Origin: Chiloscyllium plagiosum
Taxonomy: Eukaryota
Length of the DNA: 64,000 bases
Reading direction: 5' to 3'
Assembly: GCF_004010195.1 (NCBI RefSeq)
Contig: NC_057718.1
Location: 39,165,143 to 39,229,142, forward strand
Shown: positions 13,581-27,080 of the stretch, one piece after another
Layout: every line of letters starts with the position of its first letter
How positions within the stretch are numbered: the first letter of the stretch is position 1
The notes under the pieces: model-generated
Database searches by the model: none
The model's input: only the letters and a program-made list of their open reading frames with translations
Told to the model about the DNA's origin: nothing
Made by a program: the position numbers and the translations under genes

Positions 13581-14610
13581 ATAAGACATAAGAGCATAAG
13601 TAGGCCACTTTGCTCGTCAAGTCTGCTCTGCCATTCAATGAGATCATGCTGATCTGATCATCCTCAACCCCACCTTCCCATCTTGCTCCACATTTGAAAC
13701 TCCTACTGATTATAAATCTGTCTATTGCAGCCTTGAATATCCTTAACAACCCAGCCTCAACAGCTCTCTGAAGTAAAATATTCCACAGATTCACTACCCT
13801 CTGAGGGGAAGATTTCCTCCTCAATTCTGTCTTAAATGGGTGACCCTTGACTTTGAGATTATGCCCTCTCTTCCTCGATTCTCCTACAAGGGGAAACAAC
13901 TATAGACAAGCCCGTAAAAATCCTATATGTTTGAATAAGATCTTCTCTCATTCTTCTAAATGCCAATTAAAACAAGCCCCACTCAACCTCTCCTCATTAG
14001 GAAATCTGTCTGTACCCAAAATCAACTTAGGTGAATCTTCTCTAGACTTCCTCCAATGCCGGTACATTGTTCCTTAGATAACAGGGCCAAAACTGCATAG
14101 CATTCCAGCTGTGGTCTGAATAGTGCCTTGTATAGGTATGGTAAGACATTTTCATGTTTATACTCCATTTCTTTTAAAGTAAAGGCCAACATTACATTTG
14201 CCTTCCCTATTATTTGCTGAACTTGGATGCTAGCTTTTTTATAATTCATATATTAGGATCCCTAGATCACTCTGTGCTGTAGCTTTCTACAGTCTTTTCC
14301 TATTAAATAATATTCAGCTCCTCTATTATTTCCACCAAAACATGTAACCTCTCATTTTCCCACATTATATTCCATCTGCCAATATTTTTTGCCCACTCAC
14401 TCAACGTATGACTATTCCTCTTCAGACTAATTGCATCATCATTACCACTTGCCTCTCATCCTATTTTTTGTGTCATCTGCAAACTTGCCAAAAGTACATT
14501 CATCTTCCCCATCCAAATGTTTAATATGTATTGTAATTAGCTAGCACTGAGTCCTGCAGTACTCCACTACTTAAAGGGTGCCATCCTGGAAGTTAGCCCT
14601 TTATTCCAGT
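13581..14610 (-). mobile_element. CR1 LINE 3' fragment
   Basis: Minus ORFs MFPLVGESRKRGHNLKVKG and KANVMLAF..LYKALFRPQLEC. (ATAAGAC)-type tail at 13581. Confidence 0.9.
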
Positions 14611-14876
14611 GCAGACACACAGACATCAGTGGCACTTCATGTGAAATTCGAATGGACAGCAGGGTGAACAATGAGGGAGGAAGAGACAGAAAGAGCAGCG
14701 GGAAGACTCATGGTCAGGCAGGCCCAGGTGCACATCCTCAGGAGTCTCTCTCACACACACACAAAAACATACAGATCTTGACTAGTGGCAGGAAACTTAT
14801 GCCAACACATGGCAGAGTTCTCTGAGGCAGTGTGGGGTCGTGGACAGAGAATGCTAGGGGGTATCCATTGTAAATA

Positions 14877-15050
14877 TGATGTGAAGCTGGAAAAGCACAG
14901 CAGGTCGGACAGAATCCGGGGAGCAGGAACGTCAACGTTTCGGGCTGAAACCCTTCCTGCTCCTCGGATACTGTTTGACCTGCTATGCTTTTCTAGCTTC
15001 ACATCTATTGACTCTGGCTTCCAGCATCTGCAGTCCTTACTGTCTCTAAA
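14877..15050 (+). mobile_element. Penelope-derived fold-back element (family A variant)
   Basis: Inverted arms GATGTGAAGCTGGAAAAGCACAGCAGGTC / GACCTGCTATGCTTTTCTAGCTTCACATC, then the tail CCAGCATCTGCAGTCCTTACT. The minus-strand centre GAAGGGTTTCAGCCCGAAACGTTG corresponds to hammerhead stem II, GAAA and stem III. Confidence 0.8.
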
Positions 15051-15282
15051 GTCTACCCATAGTGTGTGCACCGTTCCACCTCAGGATGTTGAGCTCGTGA
15101 TGTCCTTCATGCAAGATAGACTGGGATTACACTGACCCAAGCTGTTCCCTCCAGGTCCAGAACTTCAGTTCTGAGGAAGAATCTCTTCAGACTTGCAAAT
15201 ACAGCTAGGCCTGCTGAGTTTCTCTAGCATTTGTTTCAGATTTACAGCATCCACAGTATACACAGTAATGCACTAACTAAGG

Positions 15283-15885
15283 GATAGGTCAGGGTACTTT
15301 CAAGATGGTATTAAATTAAGTATAGTTGATGTCAAAGAGACTTGAGGATTCAGATGCCTAATTCAAATGCCATGCAGAAAATAATCAAGAAGGCTAATGG
15401 AATGCTGTCCTTTGCAGCTAGAGGACTGCAGCATAAGGAAGCTGAAGTTATGGTACAGCAATACAAAGGCCCCACTCAGAGTACTGACAGTAGATCTGGG
15501 CACCACCTCAAGAAGGATATACTGGCCTTGGAAGGAGTACAACGTAGGTTTAAATGAATAATACCTAGACTTCAGGGTTAAGTTATGAGGAGAGATTATA
15601 CATAGTCAGCCTGTTTTCTCTAGAATTTAGAAAATTAAGAGGTGATCTGATCACAGCTTCAAGATATTAACAGGAAAAAACAGGGTAGATAAAAATAAAC
15701 CATTTCCACCGGTTGGTGATTCTAGACCTAGGGCGGTAGTCTGAAAAAATAGAGCCAGACTGTTCAGGAGAGATGTTAGGAAGCACTTCTACATACAAAG
15801 TGTGGTAGAGGTTTGGAACTCTCTTTCACAAATGGCAGTTGATGCGAATCAGTTGTTAACTTTAAATCTGAGATAGGTAATGTTT
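15283..15885 (+). mobile_element. CR1 LINE 3' fragment
   Basis: KKANGMLSF and KDILALEGVQRRF motifs. Confidence 0.85.
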
Positions 15886-16160
15886 TACTACATGAATTAC
15901 AAACACATTGTAATTAGACGTCTTTCATTGAACAGTGTGTTTTGCAGAAAATGTATTTTTTCAGATTTTAGGCGTGAATTCACAACAATGCCAAGTATTG
16001 AAGCAGGTGATAGTGGCATTAAACTAGTATCTTGCAATTCATGGTCAATATAATAGTTTGTCTTTCAATTTCAAACTGCTTACAATAGGTTTCTCTGAAG
16101 CCTGCGAACACCTTGCCCCATGACCACTAAATAACAACATGATGCAAACTATTCAATTCT

Positions 16161-17687
16161 CCTTCGAATCCTCCCACTTCCTCCAGACCAAAGGGGTAGC
16201 CATGGGCACCCATATGGACCCCAGCTATGCCTGTCGCTTTGTTGACTACGTAGAACAGTCCATCTTCCGTAGTTACACCGGCACCACTCCCCACCTCTTC
16301 CTCCGCTACATTGATGACTGCATCAGCGCCACCTCGTGCTCCCGCAAGGAGGTTGAGCAATTCATCAACTTCACCAACACATTCCACCCTGACCTTAAAT
16401 TCACCTGGACCATCTCTGACACCTCCCTCCCCTTCCTGAACCTCTCCATCTCCATTAATGACGACCGACTTGAACTGACATTTTTTACAAACCCACCGAC
16501 TCCCACAGCTACCTGGATTACACCTCTTCCCACCCTACCTCCTACAAAAATGCCATTCGTATTCCCAATTCCTCCACCTCTGCTGTATCTGCTCCCAGGA
16601 GGACCAGTTCCACCATAGAACACACCAGATGGCCTCCTTCTTTAGAGATCGCAATTTCCCTTTCCATGTGGTTGAAGATGCCCTCCAACGCATCTCATCC
16701 ACATCCCGCACCTCCGCCCTCAAACCCCACCACTCCAACCATAACAAGGACAGAACCCCCCTGGTGCTCACCTTCCACCCTACCAACCTTCGCATTAACC
16801 GCATCATCCGCCGACATTTCCGCCACCTCCAAACGGACCCCACCACCAGAGATATACTTCCTTCCCCACCCCTTTCCACTTTCCGCAAAGACCGTTCCCT
16901 CTGTGACTCCCTGGTCAGGTCCACACCCCCCAACAAACCACCCTCCCGTCCTGGCATTCTCCCCTGCCACCACAGGAATTGCAAAACCGGTGCCCACACC
17001 ACTTCCCTCACCACCATCCAAGACTCCAAAGGAGCCTTCCACATCCATCAAAGTTTCATCTGCACATTCTGAAACAAATGTCATTTATTGAATCTGTTGC
17101 TCCCGATACGGTCTCCTCTACATTGGGGAGACTGGATACCTCCTTGCAGAGCGCTTTAGGGAACATCTCCGGGATACCCGCACCAATTAACGCCACCATC
17201 CCATGGCCCAATATTTCAACTCCCCCTCCCACTCTGCTGAGGACATGCAGGTCCTGGGCCTCCTCCACTGCCACTCCCTCACCACCCGACGCCTGGAGGA
17301 AGAATGTCTCATCTTCCGTCTCGGAACACTTCAACCCCAGGGCATCAATGTGGATTTCACCAGTTTCCTCATTTCCCCTTCCCCCACCTTACCTCAGTTT
17401 CATCCTTCCAGCTCAGCATTGTCCTCATGACTTGTCCTACCTGCCAACCTCCCTTCCCACCTATCTGCTCCACCCTCCTCTCTGACCTATCACCTCCATC
17501 CCCACCCCCATTCACCTATTGTACTCTTTGCTACCTTCTCCCCAGCCCCACCCATTTATCTCTCCACCCTGGAGGCGTCCTGCCTCTATTTCTGATGAAG
17601 GGCTTTTGCCCAAAACGTTGATTTTCCTGGTCCTTGGATGCTGCCTGACCTGCTGTGCTTTTCCAGCACCACTCTGATCTAAACTTT
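16161..17687 (+). mobile_element. 5'-truncated Penelope-like element (RT C-terminus, GIY-YIG endonuclease, terminal repeat with hammerhead motif)
   Basis: RT motifs QTKGVAMGTHMDPSYA and LFLRYIDD. GIY-YIG region NVIY..CCSRYGLLYIGETG..AERFREHL and RRLEEECLIFRLGTLQPQGINVDF. TSD TATTCAATTCT at 16150-16160 and 17696-17706. Confidence 0.92.
17592..17619 (+). ncRNA. Penelope hammerhead ribozyme motif with a mutated core (GAAA->AAAA)
   Basis: CTGATGA-A-GGGC-TTTT-GCCC-AAAAC-GTT. The G12->A change lies at a CpG. Confidence 0.7.
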
Positions 17688-19134
17688 TGCATAATTATTC
17701 AATTCTGTCATTTCTACAATGATACTATGAAATCTTCTCACTCGCTCATCTCACTTGCAGTCTACCTGCAGTGCAATGTTCATTTTTCAGAAGAATATAC
17801 AAATGAGATACGTAAATAAACCCTTACACTTATCGATGCACCTCCAAACAGTGTTACATGGACACAAATCATCCTTTAAGTCTTTCTTTTGGAAATTTCT
17901 AACTTCTGAACACATTCCAATTATTTTGCTAATCATGGTGAAAAATTGTTTTTAATCATCTTCTCGGCCATGAATTTTATCAATCAGAAAGCAAAAGCTG
18001 TGATGATTAGTTGGGGAAAATATTAATACGAGGTACACATTCAAATCAAACTTCATTTGGCTACATTTAGAACAAAGAACAAATGACGAACAAAGGAACA
18101 GCAACCGGATGCGTTTCTAAACTGAAAACCTTTTCAGCACAATCCAGGCATTTTCTACCCTCAGTGTAAAAAAAGTTGCCTTTTAACCATGTTAATCTAT
18201 TCGAGATTCATGACAGAAAACTCTCCTGTGAAGTTATATTTAAAATATTTATTTATGTTTCCTCCTTCCTAAATTTTTATTGTTTACAAAGATTGGGTAA
18301 TTGGTTGAAGTACTACAATATAATTTTCAGGCTGCAATTTGATAAGGTTAGATATGTCAACCTCTTCCTGTGTCATAATTAACATTGAGCTCTATTGTGC
18401 AATATGATTGTAAAACATTTAATTCCTTAAAATAAGATAGATATGAAATATGCAACATGCTACATGTGTTTTTTCGTGACAATTTTAAATCATTACATAA
18501 TGTTATGACCTAAGGCACTAACATGAGAGTGTGGTGCCCACAGCCGATAACAATAACAAGGAAACTTCACACTGTTGTGCCATCAGCATTTCCTCATTCA
18601 AAATCCTCATGTGCTGTGTACAAGTAGCATAAATCATCACTTTCTGAAGAGTACTTTCTGTAAGTGGATTGCATTAAATGTGCATTTTTCCCCTTGATGA
18701 AGAACAGTACGATGCACACAATGTTTTTTAATTATAGGACATTGAACATTAAAAATATCATACACTTCGCTTAAAAAGGATAGTGCACGTCTTGAGTTGA
18801 TTAATTATTTACGTCCGTACTGTCACAGAAATCTGTGGCTTATATCAAAGGCATTCAGCAAATAGGAGAATGCCAAAAATAAATTCTATTAACTTTCGCA
18901 TTCCAGATCTCCCAGTGGTGTTGCTCACAGTGAATGGAAGGGGATGTTATTTTATGCTGTATAACATATAATGTATCAGGCCATTGATCCTGATATTGAG
19001 CTGAGAAGCTGGAGGATAAAATTGATCAATGGAAAAAAAAAATCAGAGAGGGAGTACCAGTTTATTGTTGCTTGTTTTGTGCTACTGCTGAAGACAAATT
19101 TTACTCCTCCCTATTTCTGGTAGTATCTTTGCCA

Positions 19135-19540
19135 TTGTGCCAGAAGACTGTGTGTTCAAGCTCCACTATGAACCCAAGCATTTAATCCAAATTGACACTC
19201 CAGTGCAGAACTGATTGAGTGCTGCACTCTCAGACATGACATCTATCAGAAAAGACATTAAACTGTGCGTGAGCTCAGGTGGATGCAAAAGATCTCATGA
19301 TGCTGTTTTTAAAAAAGCAGGAAACTCTCCCAATGCCTTTGCCAATGCTCTTCTTCCAATGAAGTCCAGCTAAACCACATTTTCCATTCAGTCATTAATT
19401 TGCTGTTTGTGGATCTTGCGATACATAGATTGAATGTCTCATTTTCCTACAAAACATCTGTGACTGCAGATCATTTGTTAACCCATTCATTGGAAAGGAT
19501 TTTAGGATGTCATAAAGTGTGATTCAAATACAAGTTCTTC
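19135..19540 (+). mobile_element. Ancient SacSINE1/DeuSINE-type SINE
   Basis: TGACACTCCAGTGCAG..GAGTGCTGCACT, CTCAGGTGGATGCAAAAGATCTCATG and TTGCTGTTTGTGGATCTTGC match the Deu-domain SINE consensus as I recall it. Confidence 0.7.
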
Positions 19541-19629
19541 AGCTGTGTTACTAAATTAGACTGTAAACGCATCGTGCGCAATTCTACTTCAGTTCCGATC
19601 AGGCTTCTGTTCCTGTAATGGACCTACTG

Positions 19630-22076
19630 AGCTGAATCTTACCATTTTTGGCTAAGTGTCAGTTTTGTCGAGTTTCACGGAGAGTTTCTTGACAGAAAGC
19701 CTAGCAGGATTTCTCACCACATCTCACCAAGCTCTTCTCACAGATTACCTACCTTGCCCTTTTGGTGCCCCCTTGCCCAGTTCCAGCCCCATTATACCAC
19801 CCGCCATTCCCAGAAAAATTTGACACTGACTGCTATCCACTGAAGGATTGGCATTCAGAGCTTCTTTATAAGGTCTCTGTGCATCCTGAAAAACACTGGC
19901 ACTCTGAAGCTGCCCAAACCATCAATTAACAATCATTCCGAAAATGTCACAGGTGAGGGCATTGACATCACAATTCTGTGATATTGATGTGGAGGTCCTG
20001 GTGGATGGGGTAGTGGAGTACCTAGTCTGATGTCATCACGGCAACTTGTACAGTAACCTCACTAGTGTCATTCATTACACACCAAACCTGACACTCACTT
20101 CTGATGCCCCTTCCTCACTGACTGACAGGGCAGAGGAAAAATTATAGACAAGCCCCTCAGACATCTCCTCTCAGGGCACTTCAGAGGTGTCTGGATCTTC
20201 CTCCTCCTCCGCCCTACCTACCCTCCTCTGACATGTGGAGATTCCTGAGAAGACTTCTGGCCAGGACACCCTCAGAATGCCTGCTTCACCCAGAAACCAA
20301 CTCGCAAAAGTCACCCAAACAACTCTCTGAGGTCAAGGGAGTTCACTACCAAATAGCTTCACTCCATCCCAGCTGCTGAATGAGAGGCAACACAGAGATG
20401 CAGTGCAGGGAAATGAGATGTACCATGGATTAGAGTTATAGAGTCATAGAGATGTACAGCACAGAAACATTCCCTTGGGTCCAACTCATCCATGTTGATG
20501 TCAATGTTAAGAGCCTGTTGTAATATATGGAGGCAAGAGAAACAAGTTAAACAAAGGGTGATGGATTCTGCTGGCAGCATTGCCTGTCATGGTCACTGAC
20601 ATTATATTGTTTCCCTGGTCTCTGCATTGGTGTTGAGTGGAGTGGTCGGCATTGTCTGGGACAGGGAGGTGTACAGCACACAGACGGCCAATCTATTTGA
20701 GTCACGAGGGTGTAGACAGCCTACAGGTTTGGGTTCCACCCAGTGCATGGGTGGAATCTTAATAGGGGTTTGAGCAACATGGACTATGGAGGCATTTGTA
20801 GCAAAATTTGGCATGAAATCTGGTGATGCCAACCTTGAGATCAGGAGTGTCTCACTCCATCTTTTCTGTTTTTGAAAAGTGGTGCTGCAAGTTTCTTGCT
20901 AGGCAGCAATGAGTTGTCTACTGAGTGGGATTACAGCTGGTTAAATGCCTTGTTGACAACCCAACTCACCTCATTAATATTCCTATCTTACCAATGCAGC
21001 AAACAGGTTAGGCATTGAGAAAGCAAGACATGGAAACCAGAGTGAATACCTGGCGAATTTAGCTCACCGCTTGTTCCAAAGAAGCTCCATGTTGGACACT
21101 GGGCACCAATATCTCTAATACTGGGCCTACTCCAAGGATACTGGCTACACACACATTGCCAAGTCTACAGATAGTGGCATCTGATATGTGCCAACTTCTA
21201 ACACCCTCATGGAACATTACCAACCAACCAACTTACAGAACTCTTTCACACTTCAACTGCCCCTGCAAGTATTGCAATGCTGCAGCAAGGCCATCATATG
21301 CTCAGCAACATGTACCCAGCTCATGGGCTGGACCAGCCTGCATCTCTGGCCTTTCTGTAGTAGCATTCACTCATTCTGGACATATATGGATGCTCCCAGC
21401 AACACTGCCTTGCATGAATTATCACTGGACGGGACAGAGCAGGAGAAGGCAAAACATGCAAGCTGAGGAGATGTCAGTAAACACCAGCTGAAGGCATACT
21501 GAGAGAGCCATGGACCATATCTGGTAGACAGTCTGATCCACACCGTGGACTGGATATCTATTCCTGTGTGGCAACTGTACCCGATTAAACCATGTACTAT
21601 TGTGCTGGTATCCCCTGTTCGACAGGTCAAGGCTTGCACACTGTCATGCACTGCAAAGATGCCACTGGAGGGTGCTGCTGATGGATGCCAGTGGCTGTGG
21701 GAGAAGGTACACGTGTATGCCAACCATGCCATGCTCTGCAGTTTTGCTGTGGGCAACATGGAGGTGGTTCGAAGGAGGTAGTGAGATGAACCTGCCAAAC
21801 ACTCGCTCTGGATTTCATGTCAGGTTGGACTAACTGCTGGATTGCTTGGTGACTTTGATAAGATTGAAACTGAAATAATAATGAGGCAAGTTAGGCTGTC
21901 AACAAGGAGCGTAAGAAACATTAATCCCATCAACTGGCTCATCGCTGCCTGGCCAGAATCTCACCACATGTGAAAACCATAGGGCGAGGTGATCTGGGCC
22001 TCACTTAATGTCTCATCTAATTCTGACACATATCGCACCATAGCCCATGTCACTCTGACCCTTATAAGGTTTTGCC
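19630..22076 (+). mobile_element. Harbinger-like DNA transposon relic (possibly composite; a short CR1 tail is inserted at ~20428-20505)
   Basis: Imperfect TIRs AGCTGAATCTTAC / ATAAGGTTTTGCC flanked by CTG/CTG. Myb N-terminal remnant QFCDIDVEVLVDGVVE at ~19970-20020. The 5' end is homologous to 55548-55630. Confidence 0.6.
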
Positions 22077-23369
22077 CTGATTATTTATTGATTGAGAAAT
22101 GGAGCGTTTGTTTATTTGAAATGATATCACTGGGTTAAGCAACTGACAACACTGTTAAGCACTAACAAACTGCTTTCTAAATAATGTCATCCTCATTCTG
22201 TTTTAAAGCTAACAAGAGACATAGTTGTGACGTGAAGTTTTGTACCATTTCCTAATAACCTATAAGGCAATAAAACAAACCCACTGTAGTTCCAGTCATG
22301 ATTCTAATCTTATGAAATGAAGACTATTTTCAAAGGTCCCAGCAGGGTTGAATTTATAAGATAAATGTCTCTGAATTGTGAGGGTGGCTAAGAAAGGAAG
22401 CATATGAAGCCTAAGTAGAGGCCGGGGACGAGTACAGTGCAATCATCCTTTATTATTAGGTTCTGACAGAAGGAGCAAAGTAGAAATTGTTGAGTTCTAA
22501 ACGAAGGTTATTTTTCACATTTTACAATTACAAAACAATGTTAAACAACAACATTTCAAAGCATTTCAGTCTTGTGAGGTGATAGCTATGGGGCTTGTCC
22601 ATCTGTCTATATAATCCTCAATTTCAAAACATGAATATAATGTTGTGAGAACTGCTGAAGTGGGTGTTATGATGGTAGATGCCATAGCATTGTGCAGGAG
22701 TGGGTGAGTCGGAATCCTGACAGTGAAAGTAAAGGCTTAGTGTGAGGATGGTGGCAAGGTGGGAAAAACTGCACACAAATGTTGCGGGAAGCCAATTAAA
22801 ATTCTTCAGAAAGAATTAAAAGAGATTTTGCCAAATGTTATTCAATTCATATGGGAGTAAGTGAGTGGTGAATGGGGATCACAGGCTCACAGGTCCCAGG
22901 CCAGTGAAAGCTGAGGTGCATGGTCAGCCGGTTTATGCTGTCTTCCACAGAAGGACTTCAGGATTTCGAGGGTTGCAAGCTGACCACCATAGGTCAGAAG
23001 GGGAAGGCTTCACTGTACAGACTTGAGATGCAAAGATTGCAGGAGGAGGGCTTGATGGTACAGGCTGAAGGGTATAAAGTGATACTTTAAATCCAAGACA
23101 ACAGCCAATGCAACAGCTAAAATCAGATCCATGGTGAACACAAGCCCAATACTGTTGGTTTGATGAGTGGTGAAGGAGCAGTGTAGAGGGAGGCATCAGA
23201 AGGTACAGAGACACCATATTAAACATGCAAGAATGGCAAAGGGCCCATCACAACACATGATGGGTTCGCAGATCACTTCCCCTAACTGACTAGCTGCTGC
23301 ATGATCATGGGACAAGCAAGAATTAAATTCTGCCTCTCTGAGTGTACTGTCTGCCTAAGAAATGTTGTG

Positions 23370-23855
23370 GACCTGGATCGGGAGGCCTGCGCTCAAGTCC
23401 CACCTACTCCTGAGTTGTGTAATAATAACTCTAAACAGGTTGATTAGAAAGTATCTATACTTTCTTTCTGCACTTTTGATTTCCTCCATTAATTTTATTT
23501 TCCACTCTAAATCCCTGAGCTCCCCAAGCTGACTGCTCAATTTGCTCATAGCCTGAGCAAGTGTCTCACAGCTCTCTCAAAATGCACACATTTACCCCTA
23601 AGTAATACAATGCTAATATCCAAAATAAACTGCTACATAAAACAAAAGTGCATTTCTCATGATAACAAAAGGAAATCACAGCAAGGTCCCACAACATCAC
23701 TGCAAAAATTATCACTAATGTTTGCAGTAATGTTAGTTAGAAAAAATGTTGGGGTTCTTGAGGTAGTGACCCTACTTCTAAGCCAGGAGACCTGGCTTGA
23801 GACCCATCTGCTCCAGAGGTATGTCACAATATGTCTGAACAGTTTGATTTAAAAG
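23370..23855 (+). mobile_element. Two short, related tRNA-like SINE relics (~23370-23452 and ~23750-23855)
   Basis: Shared GGCCTG..CAAGTCCCACCT.CTCC..AACAGGTTGATT motif with a B-box-like segment. A third relic lies near 61555-61620. Confidence 0.45.
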
Positions 23856-24514
23856 AAATAAAGATTACATGTTAAACAGGACACTGCTGACCTTGGCTTT
23901 GTGGAATCCTATACATTCATCTAATTGAGGAAAAAAAACAGATGTTGGCCACACTTCCAGCAATGCAGAATTTCCTCAAACCCCAAGCTCAGTCCAGGCA
24001 AGGACAACTGATCCACCAATGTTCCCTGGGCAGAAACTTTCCATCAAAACTTCTGGGCTACATACTGGACACAGGTCTCTCTTGCTGATCATTTAATCAG
24101 AACAAGGCCACTAACTGAAACTCAGTTGCCCACTTAAGATATCTCATTGCCTCAACTGGGCCACAGGTGGGTGGCCCACTCAACTCCTCGCCCATTGACT
24201 GTAAAGTCCAGGCAGCGGCAAGAGATGGAGCACCTTAATCCACCTGGTGTGTAAGTCAGGCCTGTGAATCAGTCACATTGCATCAGCCCCTCATTGTAAG
24301 GGGTCTCCTTACTTCAGCAGACAGCTAGAAATCACCAGTCTTTCCGCTATCTTCACTTCCCAAATCAAAGAGAAACAAAAATTAAGTCCTCAATTCACAG
24401 AAAGGAACATTGAACTATGAGAAAATATAAGGTCAAGGTCAAACAGTGTATGTGTCAGACTGGATGTAAGCATAATATAGAGTGGGTCATTTGGAATAGA
24501 ACTTACAAACCCGA

Positions 24515-25550
24515 TTGTGAGGAATTTTTTTTTTGGATTTTTGTCTGTGTGTTTTAGGTGTGAAACTATTGTGGGTTAGCACCTGTGCAAGTCACCTTTG
24601 TTTGACTGGAGACTGTAACATTTAAGAATGTACCAAGGGTGAATATATGGACCCTAACTAAGAACAGAATTGAGTCTCTTTAGGAGATTTGCAAAAGTCA
24701 GAAATAAGTTCAAGGGTAGAGTGAACAGTAGTCCACGGGGAATGAACAGAAAGGAGGGTCGGCAGTCTACAATTAGCTCTGTGTTGCTGAGGAAGCTGTG
24801 GCTCAGAGAACCCAGTCTGAGTCAGAGGCACATCAGAAAGCTGCCAACTCCAGGTAGTTGAAATGTTGTGTTTAGCTGCTTTTCATCAGAAGGCCTGGGA
24901 ACAGAAATTTCTCAGTACAACTGGGCACACTGGGGCTCAGAGAGGTCAAAGAGCTGTAATTACTCAGCGCAACTAGGAAGACTGAGATTCAGAGAGGCAG
25001 GAGCAGTAATTGCTTGGCGCAGCTGAGGTGACTACGGGTCAGAGGAGCCAGGAAGTCACCTGAGTATAGGTGGCATTTGGGGCAAAGGAAAACCTCTGAC
25101 CAATGGAATTCTGCTCAGAGCAGCTAGAGATCATTCTGATAACTAGAGACACTTGCAGGATTATGAATACAGTGTGAATCAGTCTCAGGAGAACAATCAC
25201 TGGAAGTCAAACAATCACTGAGGCAGTCTGACTTGGAAAAGCAGTTGAGGTTAATCAGAAGCTCTAGTCTGAACTGAGAGCAGGTAAAATCCTTCATGAG
25301 GAAATGAGTTTTTCAACATCTTGTGATTCACAGTGATCACTAACATCTCGGTAGATCACTGAAAAATCTGAGGACCTGTCTTGTGGCTGTCATTTAACAC
25401 ATAGTTTGTGTTATGTTTAACCACAGTTTCCCTGTTAATTCATGCCAATCACATTAATTCTGTATGTTAGAGCATAACTTAGATAGTATTGACTGTTTGC
25501 TTTGTTCACTCTTGTATAGAAAAATGTCTTATGAAATCCAACCAAGTTAG
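24515..25550. repeat. Possible solo-LTR-like relic with short internal direct repeats
   Basis: Imperfect ~50-bp repeats (CTCAGAGAGG..GAGC.GTAATT.CT..GCGCA.CT) at ~24930-25060 and an LTR-like composition. No TSD was confirmed. Confidence 0.3.
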
Positions 25551-25569
25551 GTTTGTCAGTTGAGCTTGC

Positions 25570-26000
25570 AGTGTAATGCACTGCATATACTGGGAACGTT
25601 GCACATTAATTCACAGGCCCAGTTCTTTGCAGATGGAAAGAACATATATATGTATTGCACCTGTTCCAACACAACAAAATTAGTGACAGCCATTCAGTGC
25701 TTTGTTTTTCAGGCAAATGCTCTGACTAATCAGAACCAAACCTGCCTGGTTTAAAATTTAAACAAGCCTGGCTGTTAACTGTCAATCATCATTGATTGGT
25801 GAATTCTCCATGAGAATAGTTCTATAATTCAGAGTCCATTTGCCAGTCAGCACTCTCCTCTCATGCAGTGTAAATACTGGTTTTCTTCCTGAATTGGTAT
25901 TCATGCAAATTCCCCTGATGAGTGCAAGATGAAAGGCTTCAACAAAATGTGTCTTGTTTCTTTCCAGAAATATTCAAGTTCTGTACTACAAAACAATTAT
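25570..26000 (+). mobile_element. Old Penelope-like 3' end (family C) with a hammerhead motif at 25915-25940
   Basis: Resembles a GIY-YIG C-terminal remnant (LHILGTLHIN..) followed by CTGATGA-GTGCAAGAT-GAAA-GGCTTC. Confidence 0.6.
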
Positions 26001-27080
26001 TTTCATTGTAACTTTCCACCTTGCTGCTCCAATGGTCTGAAATAAACTCTGACCTAAGTTGAGCTTTGTACAAATGTTACAAGTAAATTTTGACTGGCCA
26101 ACATCAAGAACAATGAGCTGGTGGAAATCAAAGACTATTAGATTACACTAACAATTTTCCAACCTGAATTGTTTAATCTCAGCAGTGAAGTGATGCTAAG
26201 TGAAGGCACAAATTTCTCTACTGGAAATAAATAATATTAGCAACTCACCAAGAGTCTTTAGATACTACTTTCCAAATCCATAATTTCACCATCTAAAAGA
26301 ACACAAGTATCAGACGCAAGGGAACACCATCCACAAGTCTGACTTGGTACTAAGTCACAATTCCTTCACCGTCACTGAATCAAAATCTGGAACTCCTTTC
26401 CTTACAGCACTGTCCAATCCAAAGGACGACAGTGATTCAAGAAGGCAGCTCACCACCACAGTCTCCAGGCAAGTGATGGACATGAAATAATTACCTTAAA
26501 TAACTAGCTGAGGTTTTCCTTGCTAACCTTCTCTCAGTGCCAGTAGCAAAGAGTTTGGCAAAGTTATAGGTGGAGTAGAAGTCAGGATACAGGAAACTAT
26601 AATGCAGTGACTAAAATAAACCATAAATTTAAAAACACTTAAATAAATAAAAACTGAACTATGTAACAAAAATGTAAGCAAATATTTACAAATAGGTAAC
26701 CATTTGATAGCTGTGAACGGCCTTGAAATGACTAGGATTGAAAACCAACTTAAAATTATTGTAATTAGCTATCTTAAATATACAGCTGTTATCCTAAGTT
26801 TGCCTTCAATAGAATTAAACTCTATTTAAACAAGTTACAAAAATGAAATGCACACCTGAAACATGTGGAATAGTTTACATCATGCTTGCAAGATTGCATT
26901 TATAGAAGCAATTAATTCATAGATTGATAGAGTAAAACACTTTCATTCATTTGATAAAGTATTGACTACAGATCATGGAAATATTTAATAACAAATAGGT
27001 TAGCATCTTCTCATCCATCACTCATGATGATATAAATAGCAATAGAGACAGTTCATTGATATGCAACCCTCTTCTCCAGT

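Noticed and set aside
14858-15066. TSD for the 14877 hairpin (TATCCATTGT / TACCCATAGT)
   Set aside because: Only 8/10 identity and not flush with the ends, so it is not counted as a confirmed TSD.
16127-17621. Many overlapping Pro-rich or Gly-rich ORFs on both strands
   Set aside because: These are alternative frames of the C-rich Penelope sequence. The same applies at 29731-30845.
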